DNA of 60,107 nt, filler included, from an uncultured bacterium (GTDB lineage Bacteria > DAOPZR01), in NCBI GenBank assembly GCA_964637655.1. It is 2 parts of 2 records of this genome, joined end to end, with 100 filler letters (N's around TTAATTAATTAA, not from the genome) between each part and the next. Parts side by side here need not be neighbours in the genome. Positions count along the whole stretch, not along the records: positions 30,833 to 60,107 come from CAZWUZ010000014.1; 1 more part is not named here. One strand, 5' to 3'. Below are positions 37,409 to 46,891 of this stretch, piece after piece. A program made the translations under genes and the position numbers. The first letter of the stretch is position 1. Each line of letters starts with the position of its first letter. Below the pieces are notes generated by a model that was given only the letters and a program-made list of their open reading frames with translations, ran no database searches and was not told where the DNA came from.

Positions 37409-40400
37409 ATGCGCCTGGTTTCGGGAATCTGCCTCTGCCTGCTGCTGACGGTGACGCCTGCCGCCGCCGCCAACGTTGTGCCGGAAACGGTCTGCACGCT
37501 CCTGTGGGGCACGGATAGCGCGGCAGCGGGTAAACAGGCAGGCGCCGACCGCATTACCGGCCCGGCGGCGACGTGGGTGCTGCCGGACGGCAGTATCGGC
37601 CTGCTCGACCGGGTCAACCGCCGGGTGCAGACCATCGACCCGGTCACCGGCGGCGTGCGCATCGTGCAGACCCTCCCCGATGCCCTTTTCCTCGACGGAG
37701 CCACGGCGGCTGACGGGACGTTCTGTCTGTTGCACGTCGACCGCGGCATTGTCAGGTTCGCTGCCGACGGAGCATCACTGTCCGATATCGCGCTGGCCCC
37801 GGCGCTGTGCCTGGCCAGCGGCCTGCTGGCGGCGGCAACGACGGTCTACGTGACCACCCCGTCGGGCTGGTGCTATCCCGTACTGCGCGACGGGGTGGCA
37901 CTCGACGCGGCGGCGCAACTGGCCGGGGCGCGCGAGGGACTGCCGGCACCCGGCGGTGCAGGGGCGACGCAGCGGGTCGACCGGGCACTGGCGCGGCTGC
38001 GCTTTCTTGACGGCAATGGCGGGGACGTGCGCACGGCGGATGTCGTTTTTCCGGCCGGCAATCTGCTGACGTTCGTGCTGCTCGGCGTCGTCCCGGATGG
38101 CGACTGCTGGGTGAGTGTGGAGTGCGCCGATGCCGCGGCGCCCGGCGGCGTGGCGCGCACCCTGCGGCGTTATGCGCCTGACGGCACAGAGCGCGCACGC
38201 CTGGATATTCCCGCGGTCTACGCGGCGGCGGTCGAGCGCGAAACCATGCTGCTGCCGGACGGTGACCTGCTCTTCATGCAATGCGCCCCGGACGGGGTGC
38301 ACCTCATTCGCCTGCAGTACGACGCCCGGCGCAGCAACGGTGCGCTGTCCCTGCCGGCGACGACACCATATCATTACAATGACCACCTGCTGGCGGAACC
38401 GGCGGCGGAGCGCGACCGCAGCATCGTACGCCCGACGACGTCGGCGGCGAATGTGACGCGCAGCGAGGCGCTGGTCATCGCCGAGGCCTACCGCGACTTT
38501 GCCTGGACGTCGCAGGCGGGGAATATCACGGCGGACACCTACGTGTGCGCGGACGGGCATATCATCCGCACGCCCGACTGGGTGGCCCCCGCGGGGCAGG
38601 CGCGGACCAGCGTCCCCTACAAGTGGGGCGGCTTCTCTTCGCTGGAGACCTTTTCTGCGAAACAGCTGACGGGCGTACCCACCGGGTCGGACTACACCAG
38701 TGACGTGTCGTGGAGCGACAATTACTGTGTCGGGGTGGACTGCTCGGGGTTCGTGTCGCGCTGCTGGCGCCTGGCGTCCAAGTACGGCACCTCGACGCTG
38801 CCGTCCCTCAGCACGACGCTGGCCTCGTTTGACGATATGCGTACCGGTGACATCGTCAACTACGCGGGGAGTCACGTGCGCCTCTTCTGGAAGAAGGAGG
38901 AGAACGGCACCTACACGATGATCGAGGCGATGGGGACGTACTGGCGGGTGATGACGCGCAACTATACCGCCAGCGCGCTGGCGTCCTATACCCCACTGCG
39001 CTACAAGAACATGGTTGAGGTGGAAGCGCCCGTGCTGGTGAGTGTCACCAACACGACGGGCGACGACCTGCTGGTGCGCTGGCGGAAACCGGCGGACACC
39101 ACGGTGCAGGACCTGAAACTCTACCTGTCTACCGACGGGACAACCTACGCGGCGCACGATACGGTCAGCGCGGCGTCGTGCAGCACGGTGGTCACGGGCC
39201 TGACCGCGGGGACGACGTACTACCTCAATGCAACGTTTGCCACGGCGGCCGGTCGTGAGGGACTCTATTCGTGCGACTATATCGTGCGGGTTGATTCGGG
39301 CGCCGGCAACGCCCCGGTGCTGCTGGTGGATGACGAGAAGCGCTACGGCCCGCACGCGCTGATGCCGTATCACGGGCAGGCGCTGACCGCGGCGGGGTAT
39401 ACTTACGACGTGTGCAGCGCGGAGGCGGTGACCGGTGACACGGTGGCGCTGGCGGACTACTGGGCGGTGGCCTGGGCCTGCGGGCGCGGGTCGTCGACGG
39501 GCACCCCGGCGGACACCTCGCTGGCGTCGGCGGAACGGACGAAACTGCAAACGTATCTGCTGGCGGGTGGCAACCTGCTGCTCAGCGGGCAGGAAATCGC
39601 CTACGACCTCGGGTACAAGGGACTGGACAACGCCTGGCTGGGAACATACCTCAAGGCGGCGTATGTCGCGGACGATGCGGGCAGCAACGTGACGCTCACG
39701 GGCACGGCCGGCGGGCTGCTCAACGGGGAGTCGTTTGAACTCGACGAGGACAACGGCCTGATCGACGACGGCGGCGCGTATGACGCGCGCTGGCCCGACG
39801 TGGTCCGCACGACGGCCGACACCATCTGCACCTACGGGACGAACAGCGCGGGCGGAGTGAGTTTCAAGGGGACGTACAGCGGCGGCAGCGACACCGCGGC
39901 CATGGTCTACCTCGCCTTCCCCTTTGAGTGTATCAAGACCGCGGGCGGGCGCACCGGCGTCATGCGGCAGGTGCTCGCGTTCTTCGACGTGGCGGCGGCG
40001 GATACCCGCCCGGTGAACACCGTTGCGCGCGCGCTGCGGGTCGATCCGGGCGGCACGCTGAGCGTGGCGCTGACCGCGACAGACGACCGCGACACCGCCG
40101 CGGGATTGACCTGGCACGTTGCGGATACCGACCCGGCGCTGTGGAACAGCGTGACGGTGACGGAGGGCGCGGGTGCCGACACGCTGACCCTGGCGGCGAA
40201 GAACACCGCCGGCACCGACACCTTCAGCGTCGGGGTGCGTGACAGCGACGGCAACTGGGACACGGTGACGGTGGTGGTGACCGTCGCCTCCCTGGCGAAA
40301 CCGGGGTTGCCCGGCCTGCTGCGCGCGGTCAGCGAACCGCCGGGCACCGCGGTGACCCTGCAGTGGACGGAGGACCCCGCGGCCTACCGCTACATCGTCT

Positions 40401-41710
40401 ACCGCACCACGGACGGCAGGACGTTCACCGCGACCGACACGGTCGCCGCGCCGGCGTCAGGCACGACGGTGACCGGGCTGGCGAACAACACGGTGTACGG
40501 CTTCCGCCTGCGGACCTTCAACAGCGCCGACACGGGGAGCGACTCGTACTCGGTGATGCTGGCGGTGCGCACCGCGGACACGGCGAACACCCTGCTGCTC
40601 GTCGAGGATGACACGACGACCGCCGGCTACCTGCGGTTGTGGACGTTCGCCGACGGGCTCAACGCGGCGGGGCGCGGGTTCGACAGCATCCGGTCAGCGC
40701 TGGTGACGGACGGCACGGTCGACCTGGCGGCGTACGGCGCGGCTATCTGGTCCTGCGGCAACGACTCCACGGACCAGGGCGGCTCGCTGACGGAGGAGGA
40801 GCGGCTGGCGCTCAAAAACTATCTCGATGGCGGCGGCGACCTGTTCCTCTCGGGCAACGACGTGGCCCGCGACCTCTACAGCGCCGACCGCGATTTCCTC
40901 GAACGCTACCTCAAGACGCTGTACGGGTACTCGAATTCCAACCGCTACACCTTGCGCCCCGATACGCCCGGCATCCTCTGGGGGATGGGCGACTGGTACA
41001 TTGCCGCCAACACCACGCTCAGCGACTCGCTGGGCACGGCGTCGTACCTGATCGAGGGGCCCGACCGCTCGGTCATGGACGGACTGACCACCCTGCATGG
41101 CGGGCGGACCACGGTGAAGTATACCTCGGGCTGGGTGGCGGGCGTCGAGTATACCGGCGGCTTCGGCATCGAATACGACAGCGGGGCCGCGCAGGAGGCG
41201 GGGACCGCGCTCAGCAAACTCGTGTTCTTCATGTTCGATGCCGCCTGCATCAACGACACCACGGCGCGGCGCGAAGTCCTCAGGCGGGTCGTGGCGTATT
41301 TTGACAGCCCGTCCGTGGCAGGAAGGGTCGACCTGGAAGGCCGTACTGGCGACACCGGCGTGACCGTCACGCTGTTCCGCGCCGATCATAGTGAAACGCG
41401 CACCGTGCTGACCGATGGCATGGGGCGCTTCGCCTTCGACCGGCTGGGCAGCGGCACCTGGCGTCTGACCGCGGAGAAGGCGGGATTCCTTGCCGGGGTG
41501 AGTGGCGACCTCGCGCTGGGGACGGGCAGCGACCACTTTGCGGTTGTCGCCCTGCCGGCCGGCGATGCCAATGCCGACCGGGCTATCGACATCCTCGATG
41601 CCTGCATGGTCAAGTCAGGGCTTGCTGCTGCCGATGTCAATGGGGACGGCACGGTCGATGACCGTGATATGGGATATGTCAGAACTCATTTCGGTGAAAG
41701 AAGTTATTAA
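37409..41710 (+). CDS. Large secreted multidomain protein: propeller-like N-terminus, NlpC/P60, 2x(Fn3 + alpha/beta domain), CarboxypepD-reg-like, dockerin-like
   Basis: YKWGG..GVDCSGFVSRCW..GDIV...HV; duplicated LLV(D/E)DD...L...E...L..YL..GG.L.LSG.(E/D); GDANADRAIDILD..ADVNGDGTVDDRD. Confidence 0.8.
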   Translation: MRLVSGICLCLLLTVTPAAAANVVPETVCTLLWGTDSAAAGKQAGADRITGPAATWVLPDGSIGLLDRVNRRVQTIDPVTGGVRIVQTLPDALFLDGATAADGTFCLLHVDRGIVRFAADGASLSDIALAPALCLASGLLAAATTVYVTTPSGWCYPVLRDGVALDAAAQLAGAREGLPAPGGAGATQRVDRALARLRFLDGNGGDVRTADVVFPAGNLLTFVLLGVVPDGDCWVSVECADAAAPGGVARTLRRYAPDGTERARLDIPAVYAAAVERETMLLPDGDLLFMQCAPDGVHLIRLQYDARRSNGALSLPATTPYHYNDHLLAEPAAERDRSIVRPTTSAANVTRSEALVIAEAYRDFAWTSQAGNITADTYVCADGHIIRTPDWVAPAGQARTSVPYKWGGFSSLETFSAKQLTGVPTGSDYTSDVSWSDNYCVGVDCSGFVSRCWRLASKYGTSTLPSLSTTLASFDDMRTGDIVNYAGSHVRLFWKKEENGTYTMIEAMGTYWRVMTRNYTASALASYTPLRYKNMVEVEAPVLVSVTNTTGDDLLVRWRKPADTTVQDLKLYLSTDGTTYAAHDTVSAASCSTVVTGLTAGTTYYLNATFATAAGREGLYSCDYIVRVDSGAGNAPVLLVDDEKRYGPHALMPYHGQALTAAGYTYDVCSAEAVTGDTVALADYWAVAWACGRGSSTGTPADTSLASAERTKLQTYLLAGGNLLLSGQEIAYDLGYKGLDNAWLGTYLKAAYVADDAGSNVTLTGTAGGLLNGESFELDEDNGLIDDGGAYDARWPDVVRTTADTICTYGTNSAGGVSFKGTYSGGSDTAAMVYLAFPFECIKTAGGRTGVMRQVLAFFDVAAADTRPVNTVARALRVDPGGTLSVALTATDDRDTAAGLTWHVADTDPALWNSVTVTEGAGADTLTLAAKNTAGTDTFSVGVRDSDGNWDTVTVVVTVASLAKPGLPGLLRAVSEPPGTAVTLQWTEDPAAYRYIVYRTTDGRTFTATDTVAAPASGTTVTGLANNTVYGFRLRTFNSADTGSDSYSVMLAVRTADTANTLLLVEDDTTTAGYLRLWTFADGLNAAGRGFDSIRSALVTDGTVDLAAYGAAIWSCGNDSTDQGGSLTEEERLALKNYLDGGGDLFLSGNDVARDLYSADRDFLERYLKTLYGYSNSNRYTLRPDTPGILWGMGDWYIAANTTLSDSLGTASYLIEGPDRSVMDGLTTLHGGRTTVKYTSGWVAGVEYTGGFGIEYDSGAAQEAGTALSKLVFFMFDAACINDTTARREVLRRVVAYFDSPSVAGRVDLEGRTGDTGVTVTLFRADHSETRTVLTDGMGRFAFDRLGSGTWRLTAEKAGFLAGVSGDLALGTGSDHFAVVALPAGDANADRAIDILDACMVKSGLAAADVNGDGTVDDRDMGYVRTHFGERSY

Positions 41711-41770
41711 AAAACATCCGTGGCGGTGGTAATCGCGGCGGTAATAAAAGATACACCCTTGGAAAAGGTC

Positions 41771-41799
41771 TTGACAAAGAGTCCCGCCTGTGGTATAAA
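41771..41799 (+). promoter_or_regulatory. Sigma-70 promoter of flp1
   Basis: TTGACA-N17-TATAAA with extended TG; strong GGAGG RBS downstream. Confidence 0.75.
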
Positions 41800-41849
41800 T
41801 GGGGCGGTGCAACACGACGCTACTAAACGAGAGAGGGAGGTGACTGAAA

Positions 41850-42056
41850 ATGATGAAGAGCTTCCTGAAGGACGAGCGCGGGCAGGGCATGGTCGAGTAC
41901 GGCCTGATCATCGGCCTGATCGCGATTATCGTCATCGCGGTGTTCGTGGCCCTTGGTCCGCAGATCAAGAACATGTTCACCAACGCGGTTGACAGCAGTG
42001 CGACGGACGACGCGAAAGCCGGCCTGAGCGCGATGATGTACGGCGGTTCCAACTAA
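41850..42056 (+). CDS. flp: Flp/type IVb pilin
   Basis: FLKDERG/QGMVEYGLII. Confidence 0.9.
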   Translation: MMKSFLKDERGQGMVEYGLIIGLIAIIVIAVFVALGPQIKNMFTNAVDSSATDDAKAGLSAMMYGGSN

Positions 42057-42093
42057 TTTTCATCACTAAGTCCGGGGTGAACCCTGACTTTTC

Positions 42094-42121
42094 AGCCCCG
42101 CTCGCAAGAGCGGGGCTTTTT
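42094..42121 (+). terminator. Rho-independent terminator after flp1
   Basis: AGCCCCGCTC-GCAA-GAGCGGGGCT followed by T-run. Confidence 0.85.
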
Positions 42122-42136
42122 GTGTATAATGGAGCC

Positions 42137-42652
42137 ATGGTGAAATTCGCGGTGCTCGGGTTTATCCTGCTCTACGCGGTCTACACGGACGTGCGCTACG
42201 GGGTTATCAGAAACCTGCTGACTTTCCCGGCGCTGGCGGCGGGCGTGGTCTGGAGCGGCTTCGACGGGAGCGTATGGTGGGACGGGCTGGCCGGCGCGCT
42301 GCTCGGCATCGGGTTTTTCTATCCGCTCTGGTACCTCGACAAGTTCGCCGGCGGCGACGCGAAACTGATGGGCGTGGTCGGAGCGTTCGGCGGCCTGCGC
42401 TTCGCCTTCTGGAGCATCGCCTTCACGCTGGCCGCGGGGGCGCTCTTCTCGCTGCTCGTGCTGCTGTTGCAGGGGCGGTTGCTGCGCACGCTGCAGCGTC
42501 TCGGGTTCGGACTGGCGACGCACACGCTGGACACCGGCACGCTGAGCAGCGCCGGTACCGGGCAGAAGTATCCGTACGCGTTCGCCATCGCGGCGGGCGC
42601 GATAGTGAGCTGGTTGTCAATCCACCGGGGGATGGTGAACCTGCCATGGTGA
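42137..42652 (+). CDS. cpaA: Prepilin peptidase, A24 (CpaA/TadV type)
   Basis: YTDVRY..IRN, GGDAKL, PYAFAIAAG. Confidence 0.9.
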   Translation: MVKFAVLGFILLYAVYTDVRYGVIRNLLTFPALAAGVVWSGFDGSVWWDGLAGALLGIGFFYPLWYLDKFAGGDAKLMGVVGAFGGLRFAFWSIAFTLAAGALFSLLVLLLQGRLLRTLQRLGFGLATHTLDTGTLSSAGTGQKYPYAFAIAAGAIVSWLSIHRGMVNLPW

Positions 42653-42831
42653 AAGCGCGCGGTCAGGGGATGGTCGAGTACGGGTTGATCGTCGGTCTTA
42701 TTGCGATCGTGGCGACGGTGGTCATCATCTCGCTCTATCCGTCGTTCAAGGAAGTGTATAACAGCACGGTCAGCGAGCAGCAGACCGACGGAGCCAAAGC
42801 CGGGCTCAGTGCGATGATGTACAGCGATTGA
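42646..42831 (+). CDS. flp: Second Flp pilin
   Basis: MVKARG/QGMVEYGLIVGLIA. Confidence 0.85.
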   Translation: MVKARGQGMVEYGLIVGLIAIVATVVIISLYPSFKEVYNSTVSEQQTDGAKAGLSAMMYSD

Positions 42832-42856
42832 CTTCTTCCTGCCGGCAGAGTATACT
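42828..42856 (+). promoter_or_regulatory. Sigma-70 promoter for TPR-ispE operon
   Basis: TTGACT-N17-TATACT. Confidence 0.65.
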
Positions 42857-42889
42857 CCCAATATTCTTGCAGTAACGAAGGATAAGCTG

Positions 42890-44518
42890 ATGCGGTGTGT
42901 GATTGACCTGCTGCGCTGTGCGCTGGGCCTGTCCATTATATTGGGTGGGGCGGGGTGTGTGTCGACGACGGCCGGCACCGTGCCGGCACCGGCAGCGCCG
43001 CTGACGACGGCGACAAGCGAGGAGGGGTATTACCAGTTTTCGCTCGGCGTGCAGGCGGAACTGGCGGGCAACTATCCGGCGGCAGTCGACCATCTCACCC
43101 GCGCGCTGCGCTACGACACCGCCGCGGCCGGCATCTACGAGGAACTCGGTTCGCTCTACCTGCAGCTGGGCCGCCCGCGCGAGGCGCTGGCGGCATATGC
43201 CGAGGTGCTGGCGCAGGACCCGGACAACTATGCCGTTCTGCTGCGGGCGGGGAGCGCGCACCTGGCGCTGGCGCGGCATGCGGATGCGCTGCGCTGTTTC
43301 ACCCGCGCGGCGGCGGACACGCAGGACCGGCGCGAGGGGAAAGCACAGTTCTACGTCGCGGTGACCAATACGATGCGCGGCGACTACCCGGCGGCGACGG
43401 CGGCCTACGCGCGCTACCTGGCGCTGATTCCCGACGACGCGGTGGCGTGGTACAACCTGGCGGTGCTGCACGACGAGCAGCGCGAGGACAGCGCGGCGGC
43501 GGCGGCCTTTGCCCGCGTGCTGGCACTGGAACCGTCGTCGACGCGGGCGCTGGCGCGGCTGGCGGCGTTGCGGCGGGCGGCGGGCGACAACCACGGCGCC
43601 CGCGACCTGGCCCGTCGTGCGGTGGAACTCGAACCGGCGCTGACGGCGCACCGCCTGCTGCTGGCGGACATCGCGCTCGACCTCGGGGAGAATGACGAGG
43701 CGGTGCGGCAGTACCGGCTCATCCTGCAGCAGACGCCGCACGACATCCGCGCGCAGTTCAAACTCGGGCTCGCGTACGCACGGCAGCAGAATTACCTGCT
43801 GGCGACGGCGGCGCTGCGGCGCTGTCTCGAACTCGACCCGGGGATGCTGACGCCCTACGTCGAACTCGGGTACCTCTACCAGGTGCAGGGTGATCACGCG
43901 GCGAGCGCGGAGGTGTTCCGCGCCGCGCTGACCATCGAGCCGCACAACGCGCGCCTGCATGAACTGCTCGGGCTGACGTACATCGCCCTGCACGATACGC
44001 CGGCGGCGCGCGGCGCCCTGCAGCAGGCGATCCGGCTCGCGCCGGGGGCGGCGGCCGGCCCCTACTACCAGCTGGCGGGCCTCGACTGGCGCGACGGACA
44101 GTTTGCCGCGGCGGAAGCGGGCTACCGCGCGGCGCTGGCGGTCGATCCCGACTACGCGCCGGCGCTCAACGATCTCGGCTACCTGTATGTCGAGCGCAAT
44201 GAAAACCTCGCGCAGGCACGGGTCTACCTCACGCGCGCGGTGGCGCTGGTGCCCGACAACGCCTGCTACCTCGACTCGCTCGGCTGGCTGGAATTCCGCG
44301 CGGGCAACTACGCGGCGGCGGCGGCGCATCTTGAGCGGGCGGCAGTGCTCGATACGGACGCGGAAATCACCTTCCATCTGGGCGAGGCGTATTTCGCGCT
44401 CGGGCGGCTGGCGGACGCGAAGGCGGCGTGGGAACGGTCGCTGGCCCGGCGTGACGACCCGCGCGTGCGGCAGCGGCTGAGCGAACTGCCGGACGTGCGC
44501 GGCGCGGCGACTCCATGA
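42890..44518 (+). CDS. TPR-repeat (lipo)protein
   Basis: GAGC lipobox-like; many TPRs; ALNDLGY..YLDSLGW; usual position upstream of ispE. Confidence 0.85.
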   Translation: MRCVIDLLRCALGLSIILGGAGCVSTTAGTVPAPAAPLTTATSEEGYYQFSLGVQAELAGNYPAAVDHLTRALRYDTAAAGIYEELGSLYLQLGRPREALAAYAEVLAQDPDNYAVLLRAGSAHLALARHADALRCFTRAAADTQDRREGKAQFYVAVTNTMRGDYPAATAAYARYLALIPDDAVAWYNLAVLHDEQREDSAAAAAFARVLALEPSSTRALARLAALRRAAGDNHGARDLARRAVELEPALTAHRLLLADIALDLGENDEAVRQYRLILQQTPHDIRAQFKLGLAYARQQNYLLATAALRRCLELDPGMLTPYVELGYLYQVQGDHAASAEVFRAALTIEPHNARLHELLGLTYIALHDTPAARGALQQAIRLAPGAAAGPYYQLAGLDWRDGQFAAAEAGYRAALAVDPDYAPALNDLGYLYVERNENLAQARVYLTRAVALVPDNACYLDSLGWLEFRAGNYAAAAAHLERAAVLDTDAEITFHLGEAYFALGRLADAKAAWERSLARRDDPRVRQRLSELPDVRGAATP

Positions 44519-45384
44519 CCACGGCCACGGTCGCCGCGCCGGCGAAGATCAACCTCTACCTGCGCGTGATTGCGAAGCGCGCAGACGGGTTTCATGAGCT
44601 CGTCTCGCTGCTGCACCTGCTGACCCTGGCGGACGAGGTGACGGTGACGCTGACGGCGGATGGCAGCGTGACGCTGCAGTGCGACCGCGACGATCTCGGC
44701 GCGGCGGAACAGAACCTTGCGGTGCGCGCGGTGCGCGCCTGGCAGCAGGCGTCCGGCGACGCCCGCGGCGCGCATGTCACGCTGGTCAAGCGCGTGCCGC
44801 ACGGGGCCGGGCTGGGCGGCGGCTCGTCGGATGCGGCGGCAGTGCTGCGCTGCCTGGCCGCCCTGACGGGGACTGACGCGACTGACCCGCGCTGGACGCA
44901 GGCAGCGGCGGCGCTCGGTTCCGACGTGCCGTTCTTTCTCACCGGCGGCTGCGCGTGGGCGGAGGGGCGCGGGGAACGGCTGACGGAACTGCCGCCGCGC
45001 CCGGGACTGGGCGTCGTTGTCGTCAAACCGCCGTACGGCATCGCCACGGCGGCGGCGTACGCGGGCCTGCGCGCCTTGACGCGGGTGCACCTCGACGGGG
45101 CGGCGGCCCGCGCGCTGTGGGCGGGGGGCAACGACCTGCTGCCGCACCTGTGCGCCAACGATTTCGCGCCGGGGGTTTTTGCCGCGCATCCGGATGCGGC
45201 GGACGCGGTCGCACAGCTGCGCGCGGCCGGGGCGTGCGCGGCGCACCTGACCGGGTCGGGCTCGGCGTTGTTCGGGCTGTTCCCCGACGCGGGCGCGGCG
45301 CAGCGGGCGGCGGCCGGCCTGCAGGTGCACGGCACCGTGCTGGTGACGGAGACCGGCGCGCGGCCGGCAGTACAACTGACATGA
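44515..45384 (+). CDS. ispE: CDP-ME kinase
   Basis: APAKINLYL, KRVPHGAGLGGGSSDAA, GSDVPFF, TGSGS. Confidence 0.95.
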   Translation: MTTATVAAPAKINLYLRVIAKRADGFHELVSLLHLLTLADEVTVTLTADGSVTLQCDRDDLGAAEQNLAVRAVRAWQQASGDARGAHVTLVKRVPHGAGLGGGSSDAAAVLRCLAALTGTDATDPRWTQAAAALGSDVPFFLTGGCAWAEGRGERLTELPPRPGLGVVVVKPPYGIATAAAYAGLRALTRVHLDGAAARALWAGGNDLLPHLCANDFAPGVFAAHPDAADAVAQLRAAGACAAHLTGSGSALFGLFPDAGAAQRAAAGLQVHGTVLVTETGARPAVQLT

Positions 45385-45393
45385 ACGAACGAT

Positions 45394-45469
45394 TGGGGCG
45401 TCGCCAAATGGTAAGGCACCGGCCTTTGGAGCCGGCATTCTGGAGGTTCGAATCCTCCCGCCCCAGCCA
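45394..45469 (+). tRNA. tRNA-Gln(TTG)
   Basis: TGGGGCG/CGCCCCA acceptor stem, CCGGC-CTTTGGA-GCCGG anticodon arm, GGTTCGAATCC, encoded CCA. Confidence 0.97.
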
Positions 45470-45490
45470 GTGCAGGAAAAGGAGCGGCCG

Positions 45491-46891
45491 ATGATACAGG
45501 CATGTGCGGCAATCGTGCTTGCCGCGGGCGAGTCGTCGCGGTTCAAATCGACCCTGCCCAAGGTGGCGCACCCGCTGGCGGGACGCCCCCTGCTCAACTA
45601 CCTCACCGATACGCTGCAGCAGCTCGACCTGCAGCGGCGGGTGGTGGTGGTCGGGCACGGGAAGGAAACGGTGACGGCGCTGCTGCCGCCGGGCTTCGAG
45701 GCGGTGGTGCAGGCGGAACAGCGGGGGACGGGACACGCGGCGGCGACCGCGCTGCGCGCGCTCGGTGACTATGCCGGGGACGTGCTCATCCTCTGCGGTG
45801 ATGTGCCGCTGGTGAGCGTCGAGACGCTGCGCAAACTGCTTGATGTGCACCGCCAGGAACGCAACGGCGGCACGGTGCTGACCGTGCGCGTTACTGATCC
45901 GCATGGTCTCGGGCGCATCGTGCGCGATCGCGACGGGCGGGTGCAGCGCATCGTCGAGGAAACCGACGCGCTGCCGCACGAGCGCGCCATCACCGAGATC
46001 AACACCGGCACCTACGTCTTCGCCGCGGCCCCGCTCGCCCGCCTGCTGCAGGCGCTGACCTGCGACAACGAGCAGGGTGAGTACTACCTGACCGACATCA
46101 TCGAACTGCTGCTGCGGGAGGGGAGCGCGGTCGGCGCGGTCATCGCCGACGACCCGCTCGAGGTGACGGGCATCAACCACCGCGCTCACCTCGCGCAGAT
46201 CGAGACGGTGCTGCGCGGGCGCATCAACACGGCGCTGATGCATGCCGGGGTGACGCTGATCGATCCCGCGTCGACCTACATCGCGGCGGACGTGCGCGTC
46301 GGCAGCGACACGGTCATCTGGCCGCAGACGGTGCTGACGGGCGGCACCGTCATCGGCAGCGGCTGCGTCATTCACGGTCCGACGCGCATCCACGACAGCG
46401 TTGTCGGCGACCGCTGCCGCATCGAAGCGTCGGTCATCAGCGGCGCGCAGGTCGGCGACGATACCACGGTCGGCCCCTTCGCCCACCTGCGTGCGGGAAC
46501 GGTGCTGGCGGGGCGCAACCGCGTCGGCAACTTCGTCGAGACCAAGCAATTGACCGCAGGCACGGGGAGCAAAATGTCACACCTCGCCTACCTCGGTGAC
46601 GCCACGCTCGGGCGCGACGTCAACATCGGCGCGGGGACCATCACCTGCAACTACGACGGGTTTGCCAAGCACCCGACGGTGATCGGCGACCGCGTCTTTG
46701 TCGGCAGCGACACGCAGCTGGTGGCCCCCGTTACGGTGGGTGATGACGCGGTGATCGCGGCGGGCACGACGGTGACGCAGGATGTGCCGGCGGGGGCCCT
46801 CGCGCTGACCCGCACCCCGCAGGTGCACAAGGCGGATTATGCGGCGAAGCGGCGGCAGCGCCGTCAGGAGGATGGCAATGGAAGAGCGTAA
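45491..46891 (+). CDS. glmU: Bifunctional UDP-GlcNAc pyrophosphorylase/acetyltransferase
   Basis: LAAG.SSRFKS, GTGHA, EYYLTD, GNFVETK, GAGTITCNYDG. Confidence 0.96.
   Translation: MIQACAAIVLAAGESSRFKSTLPKVAHPLAGRPLLNYLTDTLQQLDLQRRVVVVGHGKETVTALLPPGFEAVVQAEQRGTGHAAATALRALGDYAGDVLILCGDVPLVSVETLRKLLDVHRQERNGGTVLTVRVTDPHGLGRIVRDRDGRVQRIVEETDALPHERAITEINTGTYVFAAAPLARLLQALTCDNEQGEYYLTDIIELLLREGSAVGAVIADDPLEVTGINHRAHLAQIETVLRGRINTALMHAGVTLIDPASTYIAADVRVGSDTVIWPQTVLTGGTVIGSGCVIHGPTRIHDSVVGDRCRIEASVISGAQVGDDTTVGPFAHLRAGTVLAGRNRVGNFVETKQLTAGTGSKMSHLAYLGDATLGRDVNIGAGTITCNYDGFAKHPTVIGDRVFVGSDTQLVAPVTVGDDAVIAAGTTVTQDVPAGALALTRTPQVHKADYAAKRRQRRQEDGNGRA

Noticed and set aside
45394-45469. tRNA-Gln as island integration site
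   Set aside because: Flanked by its normal neighbours ispE and glmU; no integrase or duplicated 3' end seen
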